From assembly GCA_045629665.1 (NCBI GenBank), contig JAZQRQ010000073.1, positions 7,892-71,891 of the forward strand: DNA of 64,000 nt, in the 5' to 3' direction. This DNA comes from Faecalimonas sp. (lineage in GTDB: Bacteria > Bacillota > Clostridia > Lachnospirales > Lachnospiraceae). Positions 9,207 through 18,493 of the stretch are shown here, in pieces. The notes under the pieces are model-generated. The model was given only the letters and a program-made list of their open reading frames with translations, did no database searches and was not told the DNA's origin. Every line of letters starts with the position of its first letter. Position 1 is the first letter of the stretch. A program made the position numbers and the translations under genes.

Positions 9207-9611
9207 ATGGCTCAAGCAGGCGATAGATATATTGTAGAACTAACCCCGTCTCAACTGGGGTGGGGCGAAGAACGATATACTAATTCCAGACATACGAGAC
9301 AAGGTGAGGCCTATCTAGCAATACCTCGTAGATATGCTAAAGCATACAATTTATTTAATTCAAACCACACAAATGGACAGGACCTTCTTGGAACAAACAT
9401 TTATAACTGTATAAGTGTGGACGGCTTTCTAAATGACCAAGTAAAATCTCAAGGTTGCGTTCATGAAGGCGATGAATTCGCAAAGCAATTTGCAGGTAAT
9501 AATAATCTCAAACTTCTCGGCGATTGGTATAAACACATGCAAGCTGATGTCGGTGATAAGGTCGAAGTATATTTTCTTTCCCCTATTGATATTCAGCTGA
9601 CACTATTGTAA
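9207..9611 (+). CDS. 134-aa protein, putative stand-alone B3-like DNA-recognition domain
   Basis: Strong RBS AAGGAGGTGA and own terminator; motif order parallels the C-terminal domain of the neighbouring NgoFVII-family nuclease. Confidence 0.6.
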   Translation: MAQAGDRYIVELTPSQLGWGEERYTNSRHTRQGEAYLAIPRRYAKAYNLFNSNHTNGQDLLGTNIYNCISVDGFLNDQVKSQGCVHEGDEFAKQFAGNNNLKLLGDWYKHMQADVGDKVEVYFLSPIDIQLTLL

Positions 9612-9618
9612 AATTTTT

Positions 9619-9660
9619 CGGCTGTCGTTTAACAAAACACCTTGTTACGACAGCCGTTTT
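9619..9660 (+). terminator. Intrinsic terminator
   Basis: CGGCTGTCGT (9619-9628) / ACGACAGCCG (9647-9656) followed by TTTT. Confidence 0.8.
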
Positions 9661-9896
9661 ATATAATTTTATTTGATTTTAGTGTGTTCCTTCTGTGAGG
9701 TTGTAGCCTTGCATGAGTTTCTCATCCTACATACGAAAATAAAATTTATTTATTATTCCAAAAAGCATGCCGTATCTCCAGTTCTACTACAAAGCAACAA
9801 ATTGATTATCAAACCGATACATATAAAAAATAGGGGGTTTTAGCACACCAATGACTGTAGAGCTATTCAATGGAGTCATGTACTATTTTCAAAATA

Positions 9897-11297
9897 TTAA
9901 TCATCACATTCTATAACATTTGTAGATTTCGTTGTTTTTACAAACACTAATATATGCTCTCTCGTCATTGTTGTTTGTGGTTCTTTTTTTTCACCAACAT
10001 AAGAACTTATTTCCGGCATCCTTTTATTATGAATTTTCCTTGTAAAACTCGTCACTAAAGATAACTGGTACTGCGAACAAAGTTCAATCATTATATTGTT
10101 CATGAGTATTTCTTTTTTCGCAATTTTCCTATTCCCTAATGTCCACACCGAAACTGAGTTTTGTTTCATTTTCTTAGACAGCACAGACAAGAATAAATCA
10201 TAATCGCTATAAAAAGCGATAAGTTTGTTAACCTGTTTGACCGCACTTGCTTCAATTTCATTGCAGTGACTTTTTAAAGTACGTGATTTTCCCAACACGC
10301 TTTTTCGTCTTCTTGTCATACTTTTGTTTGCGGATTTACCACCCAACGATGCATTGTCAATTCCACATAAAGTGGATAATAAATCTTCGTCAAAATCATC
10401 ATCAATGTCAGAGCAATCAATCCACCTTAATGGCATAACCGAATATTGTCCATATGAAACCGTAGTGTGATTATCCCCATAAGGTGGCGAGGTCAAAACC
10501 AAATCAAATTTTTGCTTTGTATGTTTAAGATAAGTAATTGAATCCGACAAAACAATTTTTATGTTTCCCTTGTACGAATTCCCGTCTTTTTTAAGGTTTC
10601 CAGAAGTTTTCAATGTACTATAAAACGAGAAATATTTCTTTTCATTGTAGTTTAATGTTTTCAAAAAAAGCTCTATTGCGTCTTTATTATAATTAGCAAT
10701 ATCCGTTTTTTCTTTAATATGCAATTTATAGGTACAATCTCTAGAATTAGACACTATTCTGACAATTTCACAAAATGTTGCCCAAAAAAAGCGTCTAACA
10801 TTTATATCGTTATCTTTAATAATAGCTTCACGGAGAATTGTTAAGTCTTTTACGGCTTGTTCCGTAAACCATTTGTCGATTCCCTCAAAAGAATGTCTTT
10901 TTATTGAAGACGTCCTCAGAATATCGATTTCCTCTTTCAATTTTTTTACATGTTTCTCTAATATCTCGGGATTAATTATTGTTGTTTTAACTTTGCAGAG
11001 TAAAACTGCAAGTGGATTGATATCTATTCCAACTATATCAAGTCCTTTCAACATTCCTTCAACTAAAACAGTCCCTGATCCGGCAAATGGATCCAATAAT
11101 TTGAGACGCTTATTATTAGACTGCTCAAGACACACTTCTAAAATTTCCCTTTGCATTTTAGGAACCATCATAGCAGGATAAGTACAAAACCCATGAACAT
11201 AATCTCGCTCACTTTTTCTTTTTCCGCGATAATCCCAACGATCTTCAGATTCCAAAGTGAGTTGCTTAAACCTTGATTTAATATATTCAATACTCAT
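9897..11297 (-). CDS. N4-cytosine DNA methyltransferase, M.MvaI-like
   Basis: YPAMM, LDPFAGSGTVLVEG (motif I), TSPPYGDNHTTVSYGQYS (motif IV SPPY), RKIHNKRMP; same blocks as recalled for M.MvaI. Confidence 0.85.
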   Translation of the reverse strand: MSIEYIKSRFKQLTLESEDRWDYRGKRKSERDYVHGFCTYPAMMVPKMQREILEVCLEQSNNKRLKLLDPFAGSGTVLVEGMLKGLDIVGIDINPLAVLLCKVKTTIINPEILEKHVKKLKEEIDILRTSSIKRHSFEGIDKWFTEQAVKDLTILREAIIKDNDINVRRFFWATFCEIVRIVSNSRDCTYKLHIKEKTDIANYNKDAIELFLKTLNYNEKKYFSFYSTLKTSGNLKKDGNSYKGNIKIVLSDSITYLKHTKQKFDLVLTSPPYGDNHTTVSYGQYSVMPLRWIDCSDIDDDFDEDLLSTLCGIDNASLGGKSANKSMTRRRKSVLGKSRTLKSHCNEIEASAVKQVNKLIAFYSDYDLFLSVLSKKMKQNSVSVWTLGNRKIAKKEILMNNIMIELCSQYQLSLVTSFTRKIHNKRMPEISSYVGEKKEPQTTMTREHILVFVKTTKSTNVIECDD

Positions 11298-11323
11298 TTT
11301 ATCACCATCACGAATTTTAAAAA

Positions 11324-11352
11324 ATTATACTTTTTGATATATAAATTGTCAA
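11324..11352 (-). promoter_or_regulatory. Perfect consensus sigma-A promoter for the N4C MTase
   Basis: TTGACA (11352-11347), 17 bp, TATAAT (11329-11324) on the minus strand. Confidence 0.85.
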
Positions 11353-11383
11353 TAGAATATGAAATAACAAATGAATCAACTTG

Positions 11384-14194
11384 TTATTTTCTGTCATGAT
11401 AACAAGCACCATAAAATTCACACTGGATATTTTTACAAAAATCCTGATTTTTATTTTTGTCTACTTCAAATACCTTCTTATAATCATTCGTCTTAATAGT
11501 CTTTTCACATTCTCTTAATTTTTCGTTAAATGTATCTCTATCATCATCTAACAATTCAATTGTAGTAGGATTACTATTATTAAAATCATAAGATTCAATG
11601 TAGTCGACTTTTTCTCCAGTCAAGCTCTCGTATCCCAATACATATACCATTAATTGATTTTTTATTTGACTCTTAGTTAATACTTCGCTACTGGATTTAA
11701 AATCCACAAGAGTAATTGTGTGATTTAATTCATCTCTAACAAGATCTATTCTTCCATTGATAAACATATATTCATCAACACTAAAATCAATACTCTTCTC
11801 AGAAAACTTAATATACTTAAATCTAGAAGCATTGTTCTTAATATAGGAAGTCAGATTTCTCATTGCCTTTTCAGTCATTGCCTCATACAGTTTTGGAGAG
11901 CCGTATGGCAGATGTAAGTATTTTTTTACAATACTTGCAATAACCGTAGGATCATTATAACTAATTGTTTCATAGTTTTTGTGAATGTAATCTAACATAT
12001 TGTGGATTGATCTACCATAACCCATACGAATATTTAGAGGAGAACAAAAACCATATATATTAGTCATTTTGAATTTGTATGGACAATCAAACAAATCCTT
12101 AAGCAAGGAGAAATTCAATGTGATAATTTCATCCGCGGAGAATTTGGCTTTATTACTTTTTTCATATTCCTTGTCCAAATAGAGGCGAGTTTCTTTAAAA
12201 GGCGAATTCTTAGTCTCTACAAACGGAAATGCTGGAGCTTTATAATGTGTTTTCCCACTATCTGAAATATGGTTAGACCGAGTAAGAAAAAGAAACTTTT
12301 CACTTCTAGTCATTCCGACATAAAACACTCTTCTAATACTTTCGTCATCATCTTCATACTGTTGTTTTATTGTATTGTCATCTATGATCCCCCAAGCATT
12401 TAGACCACCAGGATTTCGTTGCGGAAAAATTGAATGTTTTGTTAAAAAAGGCATGAATACTACTGGATATTCCAATCCTTTAGATTGATGAAATGTCATA
12501 ATCCTTAAACACTTTACAGCCTTGAAATTAGGCGACAACCAACCTTCCGGATATATTTCTGGAGCCTCAAGAGTCAAAAAAGTCTCAAATGCTTTCAGTC
12601 TATATGAAGGAACCATATCAAGATTAATTTTTTCAAAATCATTAATCATCTCCGTAAACTTGCCCCAATTGTAAAGAATCTTTTCATCTGCAACACAGAA
12701 TAACTGTAAATCCATAAACAATTTTCTGATTGAACCTTGAATAGTATATTCATAATCATCCGATTCAAAAGGCAATTTTGTAAATTCTTCGATACTCTCT
12801 TTAATCTTATCTCTGCTAAGTGAAGTATATTTACACCATCTTGCTACAAGTTCAACAGGTACACCTGACACTTTGATCTTTTTCATTGTTTGTTCTTTGT
12901 TTGGCCCTTTATGATCAAATACAATCCGAGAAAAAATCAAAGAAAGTGTATCACATAAAATCATAATTTCGTCAGAATTAAACAAATTCTTTGTTCCTTC
13001 AACAATAAAGTCAATATTATTTTTTTCGAGTTCAGTGATTAATTCAGGTATTCTCTTTACAGAACTAACAAGGATAACCATATCGTCTAGATCCAATCTA
13101 AACTCTACTTCCTTACGTACATATTTACATCCAATCAATTGTTTGATTTTATTTACAATAAAATCAACTTCTGAGGCCCGATTGTCGAACTCATATGTAA
13201 TTATATCTCCTAGTTCATATTGTTGACTTTCGTTACTTTGCATGTTTTTTGCTATACGATTATTATTTTGGTTTATGACCTGCTTTGAAATTTCAGTAAT
13301 ACCCTTACTGCTTCTAAAATTGATATCTAAATCGATTTTTTCAACATTGGCATACGAATTAGCAAAGTTTTTTATGAAATTCAAATTGCTACCACGCCAT
13401 TGATAAATAGTTTGATCATCATCTCCTACAACACAAACAATTGCCCCTTGTTCAGAAAAGTACTTTATAATTTTTTCTTGTGCATCATTTACATCTTGAT
13501 ACTCATCAACTATTAAATATTTAATTTTTTTTGCAATAAAATCATCAAAAACACCACTCTGAAGTTTAGTGAGTGTAGTTGAAATAATGGAAGTGAAATC
13601 GAAAAATTTATTTTTTATTAACGTGGTTTCATACTTCTTGATATGTCCTTGAAGAACTGCGTCAAGTTTTTCTACCCCATGCTCTCTTCCAATGTCAAGA
13701 AACGTTTTATAGGCATTAATTGCTTTTGTTTTTACATCTGCCCTACTCCCCTCATTGAAAAGCTGATATGTTGTGCCATTAACTGCATGATATTTAACAT
13801 CATAAATACCATTTTCTCTGCGGTATCTCTTTATAAACAACTTAGTTTGAACATCATTTAGTGTTTCAAATGTTTTATATTCATCAGAAAACTCTTGCAA
13901 CATGTAAAGACAAAAACCATGTATTGTTCCAATATACATATTTGCAAGTCCCTCAAGAGAATGCTGTTGCTTTTCATAAGCTTCAAATACTTTTTGCTTT
14001 AACGAAGCCGCTGCTTTTTCTGTATAGGTAATAGCCACGATATTTTCAGGCTCTATACTAGGTTCATTAAGTAATTGAAGAATATGCGCAACCATAGTAG
14101 AAGTTTTTCCCGAACCTGCACAAGCAACTATTTGCATATTTTGACCAATTGTATTAATAGCTTTCTCTTGATTTTTCGTCCATTTTGTACTCAT
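11384..14194 (-). CDS. UvrD/REP-family SF1 helicase with C-terminal PD-(D/E)XK (RecB/Cas4-like) nuclease
   Basis: ACAGSGKT, LIVDEYQD, VGDDDQTIYQWRG, NFRS, MTFHQSKGLEY, RVFYVGMTR; nuclease GRIDLV...LVDFKSS...QLMVY; Cys in DCPYKF plus CKNIQCEFYGAC. Confidence 0.9.
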   Translation of the reverse strand: MSTKWTKNQEKAINTIGQNMQIVACAGSGKTSTMVAHILQLLNEPSIEPENIVAITYTEKAAASLKQKVFEAYEKQQHSLEGLANMYIGTIHGFCLYMLQEFSDEYKTFETLNDVQTKLFIKRYRRENGIYDVKYHAVNGTTYQLFNEGSRADVKTKAINAYKTFLDIGREHGVEKLDAVLQGHIKKYETTLIKNKFFDFTSIISTTLTKLQSGVFDDFIAKKIKYLIVDEYQDVNDAQEKIIKYFSEQGAIVCVVGDDDQTIYQWRGSNLNFIKNFANSYANVEKIDLDINFRSSKGITEISKQVINQNNNRIAKNMQSNESQQYELGDIITYEFDNRASEVDFIVNKIKQLIGCKYVRKEVEFRLDLDDMVILVSSVKRIPELITELEKNNIDFIVEGTKNLFNSDEIMILCDTLSLIFSRIVFDHKGPNKEQTMKKIKVSGVPVELVARWCKYTSLSRDKIKESIEEFTKLPFESDDYEYTIQGSIRKLFMDLQLFCVADEKILYNWGKFTEMINDFEKINLDMVPSYRLKAFETFLTLEAPEIYPEGWLSPNFKAVKCLRIMTFHQSKGLEYPVVFMPFLTKHSIFPQRNPGGLNAWGIIDDNTIKQQYEDDDESIRRVFYVGMTRSEKFLFLTRSNHISDSGKTHYKAPAFPFVETKNSPFKETRLYLDKEYEKSNKAKFSADEIITLNFSLLKDLFDCPYKFKMTNIYGFCSPLNIRMGYGRSIHNMLDYIHKNYETISYNDPTVIASIVKKYLHLPYGSPKLYEAMTEKAMRNLTSYIKNNASRFKYIKFSEKSIDFSVDEYMFINGRIDLVRDELNHTITLVDFKSSSEVLTKSQIKNQLMVYVLGYESLTGEKVDYIESYDFNNSNPTTIELLDDDRDTFNEKLRECEKTIKTNDYKKVFEVDKNKNQDFCKNIQCEFYGACYHDRK

Positions 14195-14544
14195 AATACA
14201 ATCTCCTTTCTAACATTAAATTTAATTATATTTGTTATAAAAAAGCAAGGCAAACCAAGGGCACTCACGAACCCTTAATCACCTTGCATCGATAACCTCC
14301 CTTATATCCTAACACACTTTCTCCAAAAAATCGACAATTATTTCCTTATTCTATCTGTTTTCTCACACTACGCCACGTCCACTTCCACAATTTTTGTCCT
14401 GAATTTGCCCTAAAACTCTCTTGTCAATCTCTACAATCCTTAAAAAATCTAGCCTTTTCACCATACTATCAGATTGCTGCCGCAGCATATAAATAACACT
14501 ACACAACAAACACACATTATTTTCGCTTCATATCTCCCGATTGT

Positions 14545-14598
14545 ATTTAGTCGCAATCCTTCCAAATTTAGTCGCAATGTTTTCAATTTAGTCGCAAT
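14545..14598 (+). repeat. Three direct repeats of ATTTAGTCGCAAT
   Basis: Exact 13-mers at 14545, 14566 and 14586; degenerate ATTTAGTCCGC at 14647. Confidence 0.9.
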
Positions 14599-14632
14599 CT
14601 ACCTCCAATTACCCCTTTTATGCCGGCTTTCG

Positions 14633-14830
14633 TCACTGTTTCAGCCATTTAGTCCGCTCAAATGGGACTTTTTTTATGCCCATAATCTTTTTCTGACATT
14701 CTATTTTCCCTCCATATGAAGGATGTCTAATATATTGTTCTTCCGAAAGCCCTAATTGTTTCTGTGCTTTTCTTCCAATGGCATAAATATTTTCATCGCC
14801 GATATTAAATATTCTCTGTGTTTTTCCAAG
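14633..14830 (-). pseudogene. Possible C-terminal remnant of a uracil-DNA-glycosylase-superfamily gene
   Basis: Own translation gives ...NIYAIGRKAQKQLGLSEEQYIRHPSYGGKIEC..., with no start codon after an in-frame stop. Confidence 0.4.
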
Positions 14831-14884
14831 TTATTCATATTTCAATATTCTTTTGTTTTTGACCTTCCATTTTGGAATATCAAA

Positions 14885-16012
14885 CTACTCCTCCCCCTTC
14901 TCAAACGCCTCTGCTACCCCCACCAGCAACTCTCTTATCCCCAAATGCTGCGGGCACACTTTCTCACACTTTCCACACTTCACGCAATCCGACGCCTTCC
15001 CGCCATTTTGCGTATGGATATCATAATACCATCCGCTATTCCAATTGTTGTGGATTGTCTTCGCATTTAGATCTGAGAACAAATCCGGAATCGCAATCTT
15101 CTGCGGGCACACATCCATGCAATATTTACATGCGGTACATGGAATAAGTCCCTGTGCACTGATAATATCGCGCACTTTGAAAACCGCGGCAAATTCTTCT
15201 TCGCTCAGCGGTTTGAAATCTTTCATGTAACTGAGATTATCTTCCATCTGTTCCATATTACTCATGCCAGAGAGCACCATCATCATGTTGTCGAAGCTTG
15301 CCGCAAATCGAATTGCATAACTTGCGTTGCTTCCGCCGCCAAGGTCATCGAATATCTTCTGTGCTGCCGTAGGAAGTTCCACGAGGCTACCGCCTTTTAC
15401 CGGCTCCATGACGATGACAGGTTTGCCGTGTTTTACGCACACTTCATAGCATTTTCTCGATTCGATTCCCACATCATCATAGTCCAGATAGTTGAATTGA
15501 ATCTGCACGACTTCGATTTCCGGGTACTCGGTCAGTATCTGCTCCAGCACCTCGGCTTTGTCGTGGAAGGAGATGCCGACATGCTTTACTCTTCCTTCTT
15601 TTTTGAACTCAAAAGCATGCTCGTAGGCTCTGCATTTTTTGTATTTTGCAAAGAATTCTGCATTTTGCGCATGCAACAAGTAGAAATCAAAGTAATCCAC
15701 ACCACAGGCTTCCAATTGCTTTTCAAAAAGCGGTACGATTTCTTCTTCTTTCTCGAAAAAATATGTAGTCAATTTATTTACTAAAATGTAATCTTCTCTC
15801 GGATAGCGTTTCACAAGACATTCGCGAAGTGCCGGCTCGCTTTTCTCGCCGATATAACCGTGAGCGGTATCAAAATAGTTGAAACCATTTGCCATAAATG
15901 CATCTATCATCTTGCAGGTTTCCTCATAATCCACTTCTTTCCCTTTCATTGGGAAACGCATGCACCCGAATCCAAAATTCCCTTTAATGTCATCAAAAAA
16001 TTTATTTTTCAT
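14885..16012 (-). CDS. Aldo/keto reductase with C-terminal 4Fe-4S dicluster
   Basis: GFGCMRFP, NYFDTAHGY, DYFDFYLLH, VMEPVKGG; CTACKYCMDVCP and CVKCGKCEKVCP. Confidence 0.92.
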   Translation of the reverse strand: MKNKFFDDIKGNFGFGCMRFPMKGKEVDYEETCKMIDAFMANGFNYFDTAHGYIGEKSEPALRECLVKRYPREDYILVNKLTTYFFEKEEEIVPLFEKQLEACGVDYFDFYLLHAQNAEFFAKYKKCRAYEHAFEFKKEGRVKHVGISFHDKAEVLEQILTEYPEIEVVQIQFNYLDYDDVGIESRKCYEVCVKHGKPVIVMEPVKGGSLVELPTAAQKIFDDLGGGSNASYAIRFAASFDNMMMVLSGMSNMEQMEDNLSYMKDFKPLSEEEFAAVFKVRDIISAQGLIPCTACKYCMDVCPQKIAIPDLFSDLNAKTIHNNWNSGWYYDIHTQNGGKASDCVKCGKCEKVCPQHLGIRELLVGVAEAFEKGEE

Positions 16013-16107
16013 ATTTCCAATTTCTCCCTCTTCCTCGAAACAAAAAACCTAGTCTTATTGATAAAATTATACTGCGAAAAGTCCCCTCGGTCAATGACAG
16101 CAAAATA

Positions 16108-16136
16108 TTGCATTTCTCGCCTTTTTGGAGTATTCT
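16108..16136 (+). promoter_or_regulatory. Probable sigma-A promoter of glnA
   Basis: TTGCAT (16108-16113), 17 bp, TATTCT (16131-16136). Confidence 0.5.
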
Positions 16137-16182
16137 ATTGTTAACTAAATATCGTTAAAAATTTTACTGGAGGTAAATAAAA

Positions 16183-17607
16183 ATGAAGAGAACAGCTTCA
16201 GACATTATGAAAATGATTCAGGAACAGGGCATCAAGATGGTTGACTTTAAAATCGTTGACATCAACGGCCAGTTCCGCCACGTAACCATTCCGGCTTCTC
16301 AGTTTACGGAAGGCACGATGAAGAACGGAATCGGTTTTGACGCTTCGAACTACGGTTACGCTGTGGTTGAGAAAAGTGACATGGTATTTATCCCGGATTT
16401 GGACACTGCAGTGACCGACCCATACTGCGAAGTGCCGACATTATCCATCACAGGTAATGCGATGATTATCGACTATCCGGAAAACCGTCCTTTGGATCAA
16501 TATCCAAGAAACATTGTACAAGCTGCTGAGCAGTACATGAAGGACTGCGACATCGCGGACACAATGTTAATCTTACCGGAATTTGAATTCCATATGTTTG
16601 ACCAGGCTGGTTGGTCAGTGTCTCCGGACTCTATCGGATTTTCCGTTGACTGTGAGCAGGCTTACTGGAACAGTGCTAATCAAGGACTCGGCTGTGTCGT
16701 TCCTCACCAGAAGAACTACCACGTTGCGAAACCATTTGACAAAACATACGAATGCCGTTCGGAAATGTGCTTAGAATTAGAAAAAATGGGTATCGAAATC
16801 AAATACCACCATCCGGAAGTTGGAGCTGCCGGTCAATTTGAAATCGAACCGATGCTTGGACAAATGTCTAAGATGGCTGATAACACAATGATGATTAAAT
16901 ATGTCATCCACAATACAGCACAGAAATACGGCATGACTGCAACATTTATGCCAAAACCGGTTTATCAGGAAGCCGGAAACGGAATGCATGTACATATGTT
17001 GTTATTGAAGGACGGAGAGCCTGTTTTCTCTGATGATGAAGGCTACTCACACCTCAGTGAAACAGCTCACTACTTCATGGGTGGTTTGCTGAAACATATT
17101 TCTTCACTCTGTGCTATCACGAACCCAAGTACCAACTCATTCAAGAGACTGGTTCCTGGATTTGAAGCACCGGTAACTGTTGGTTATGCGACATCTAACC
17201 GTAGCGCAGTTATTCGTATCCCTGCATATGCAAAATCTCCGAAACTTCGTCGTTTCGAGATTCGTAACCCGGATGCAACTTGTAACCCATACCTTTGCTA
17301 CGCTGCTCTTCTTATGGCAGGTATCGATGGTATCAAGAATAAGATTGACCCACATGCAAACGGTTGGGGACCATACGACATGAACCTCTATTCATTGTCA
17401 CCGGAAGAGAAAGCAAAATTATCTTCTCTCCCAACACGTTTGGAAGATGCTTTGGATGCACTCGAAGCTGATCATGATTACTTGACAGCTGGCGGAGTAT
17501 TCCCGGAACACTTAATCAAGAACTTCATCGCTATGAAGAGAAAAGAGTGCTTCGAGATGTCTAAGATTCCACATCCGGCAGAGTTTGACAGATATTTCAA
17601 CTTATAA
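16183..17607 (+). CDS. glnA: Glutamine synthetase type I
   Basis: FDASN, HHPEVGAAGQFEI, FMPKP...GNGMHVH, NSFKRLVPGFEAP, NRSAVIRIP, RFEIRNPDATCNPY. Confidence 0.95.
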   Translation: MKRTASDIMKMIQEQGIKMVDFKIVDINGQFRHVTIPASQFTEGTMKNGIGFDASNYGYAVVEKSDMVFIPDLDTAVTDPYCEVPTLSITGNAMIIDYPENRPLDQYPRNIVQAAEQYMKDCDIADTMLILPEFEFHMFDQAGWSVSPDSIGFSVDCEQAYWNSANQGLGCVVPHQKNYHVAKPFDKTYECRSEMCLELEKMGIEIKYHHPEVGAAGQFEIEPMLGQMSKMADNTMMIKYVIHNTAQKYGMTATFMPKPVYQEAGNGMHVHMLLLKDGEPVFSDDEGYSHLSETAHYFMGGLLKHISSLCAITNPSTNSFKRLVPGFEAPVTVGYATSNRSAVIRIPAYAKSPKLRRFEIRNPDATCNPYLCYAALLMAGIDGIKNKIDPHANGWGPYDMNLYSLSPEEKAKLSSLPTRLEDALDALEADHDYLTAGGVFPEHLIKNFIAMKRKECFEMSKIPHPAEFDRYFNL

Positions 17608-17653
17608 TTTGTAAATAACTTTACAACAAATCGCGCAACCAGCGCACAAAAAT

Positions 17654-17690
17654 ACGGAGTATGCTTTTTTGGAGCATACTCCGTTGTTGT
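17654..17690. terminator. Bidirectional intrinsic terminator
   Basis: ACGGAGTATGCT (17654-17665) / AGCATACTCCGT (17673-17684) between convergent genes. Confidence 0.8.
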
Positions 17691-17722
17691 TTGGTACCAT
17701 AGGCTCCGAGAGCCTGTCCACA

Positions 17723-18364
17723 CTATAATTTGGAATATCCGAAACTATTTACAATCGCATCCAGATGTTTTCCTTCCTTACACATTGGACATTCGCTCGG
17801 TGCATACGCCTTGTAATCCGGAATGTCCTCCTCTGTAAAGATACTCTTTACTTCGATTCCGCGAATCTCTTTCACCGAACTGAACACCGAACACACGCCA
17901 CAAACAGTTCCACCGTAATACTCTACCGCCTCAATTGCACGGTTTACGGATTTACCGGTTGTAACCGACGGTGCCAGAATCAGGACCTGTGAATTCACGA
18001 TCATTCTCTGCACGTTGTCGCGGAACAGAATGAGTCCACTCTGGTGATACTCAGGAGATATGATGGAAATGTTATTTCCCTTGCTGAACGAAAGCGGGCT
18101 TCCGTCTGCCAAATGCTCAGCCATAAAGGTTCCGATTGTATCGGTCTCTTCCAGACAAACAATTGTGTCCACTGTGGTATTGTGAATGTACTCCATTGCC
18201 AATACTTTTGCAGTTTCTCTACAGTTGTTGTGTCTTGCTTTTACGGTTGACATATCAATATATGTATTAATATGCGAGTGGCTGGTAGCAAAATGACCTT
18301 TCATAATTTTGATTCTTGCTTTTGGATTCTTCTTCGAGCGAAGGTCTATTAATCTTTCGTCCAT
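17723..18364 (-). CDS. Type I phosphoribosyltransferase-fold protein (orotate PRTase-like)
   Basis: GHFATSHSHINTYID start and VLILAPSVTTGKS PRPP-loop-like segment; C-terminal CPMC. Confidence 0.7.
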   Translation of the reverse strand: MDERLIDLRSKKNPKARIKIMKGHFATSHSHINTYIDMSTVKARHNNCRETAKVLAMEYIHNTTVDTIVCLEETDTIGTFMAEHLADGSPLSFSKGNNISIISPEYHQSGLILFRDNVQRMIVNSQVLILAPSVTTGKSVNRAIEAVEYYGGTVCGVCSVFSSVKEIRGIEVKSIFTEEDIPDYKAYAPSECPMCKEGKHLDAIVNSFGYSKL

Positions 18365-18493
18365 ATGCTGCCTCCTTTGTGTTTCTAAATTATTTGATAA
18401 TTTAGTATATCACAATGAATTGTCAGACGCAACGAGTTGTTGCAACAATTTGTGCAATTTCTAACCATTTTTCCAAACATTCAGAAATGCTCA

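Larger units (their letters stand above)
4888..14194. other. AT-rich restriction-modification / defence island
   Basis: Seven contiguous genes: two DNA methyltransferases, three candidate nucleases, a helicase-nuclease and a small B3-like protein; visibly more AT-rich than the flanking genes. Confidence 0.85.

Noticed and set aside
4888-14194. DISARM, BREX or Gabija assignment
   Set aside because: No DrmA/B/C, PglZ/BrxC or GajA OLD-family ATPase-TOPRIM protein is recognisable.
14249-14256. GGCAAACC as the start of a c-di-GMP-I riboswitch
   Set aside because: The GNRA loop and GGGACGCAAAGC-type second element are missing.
14545-14598. CRISPR or plasmid origin
   Set aside because: 13-bp repeats with 7-8 bp gaps are too short for CRISPR, and no rep gene is present.
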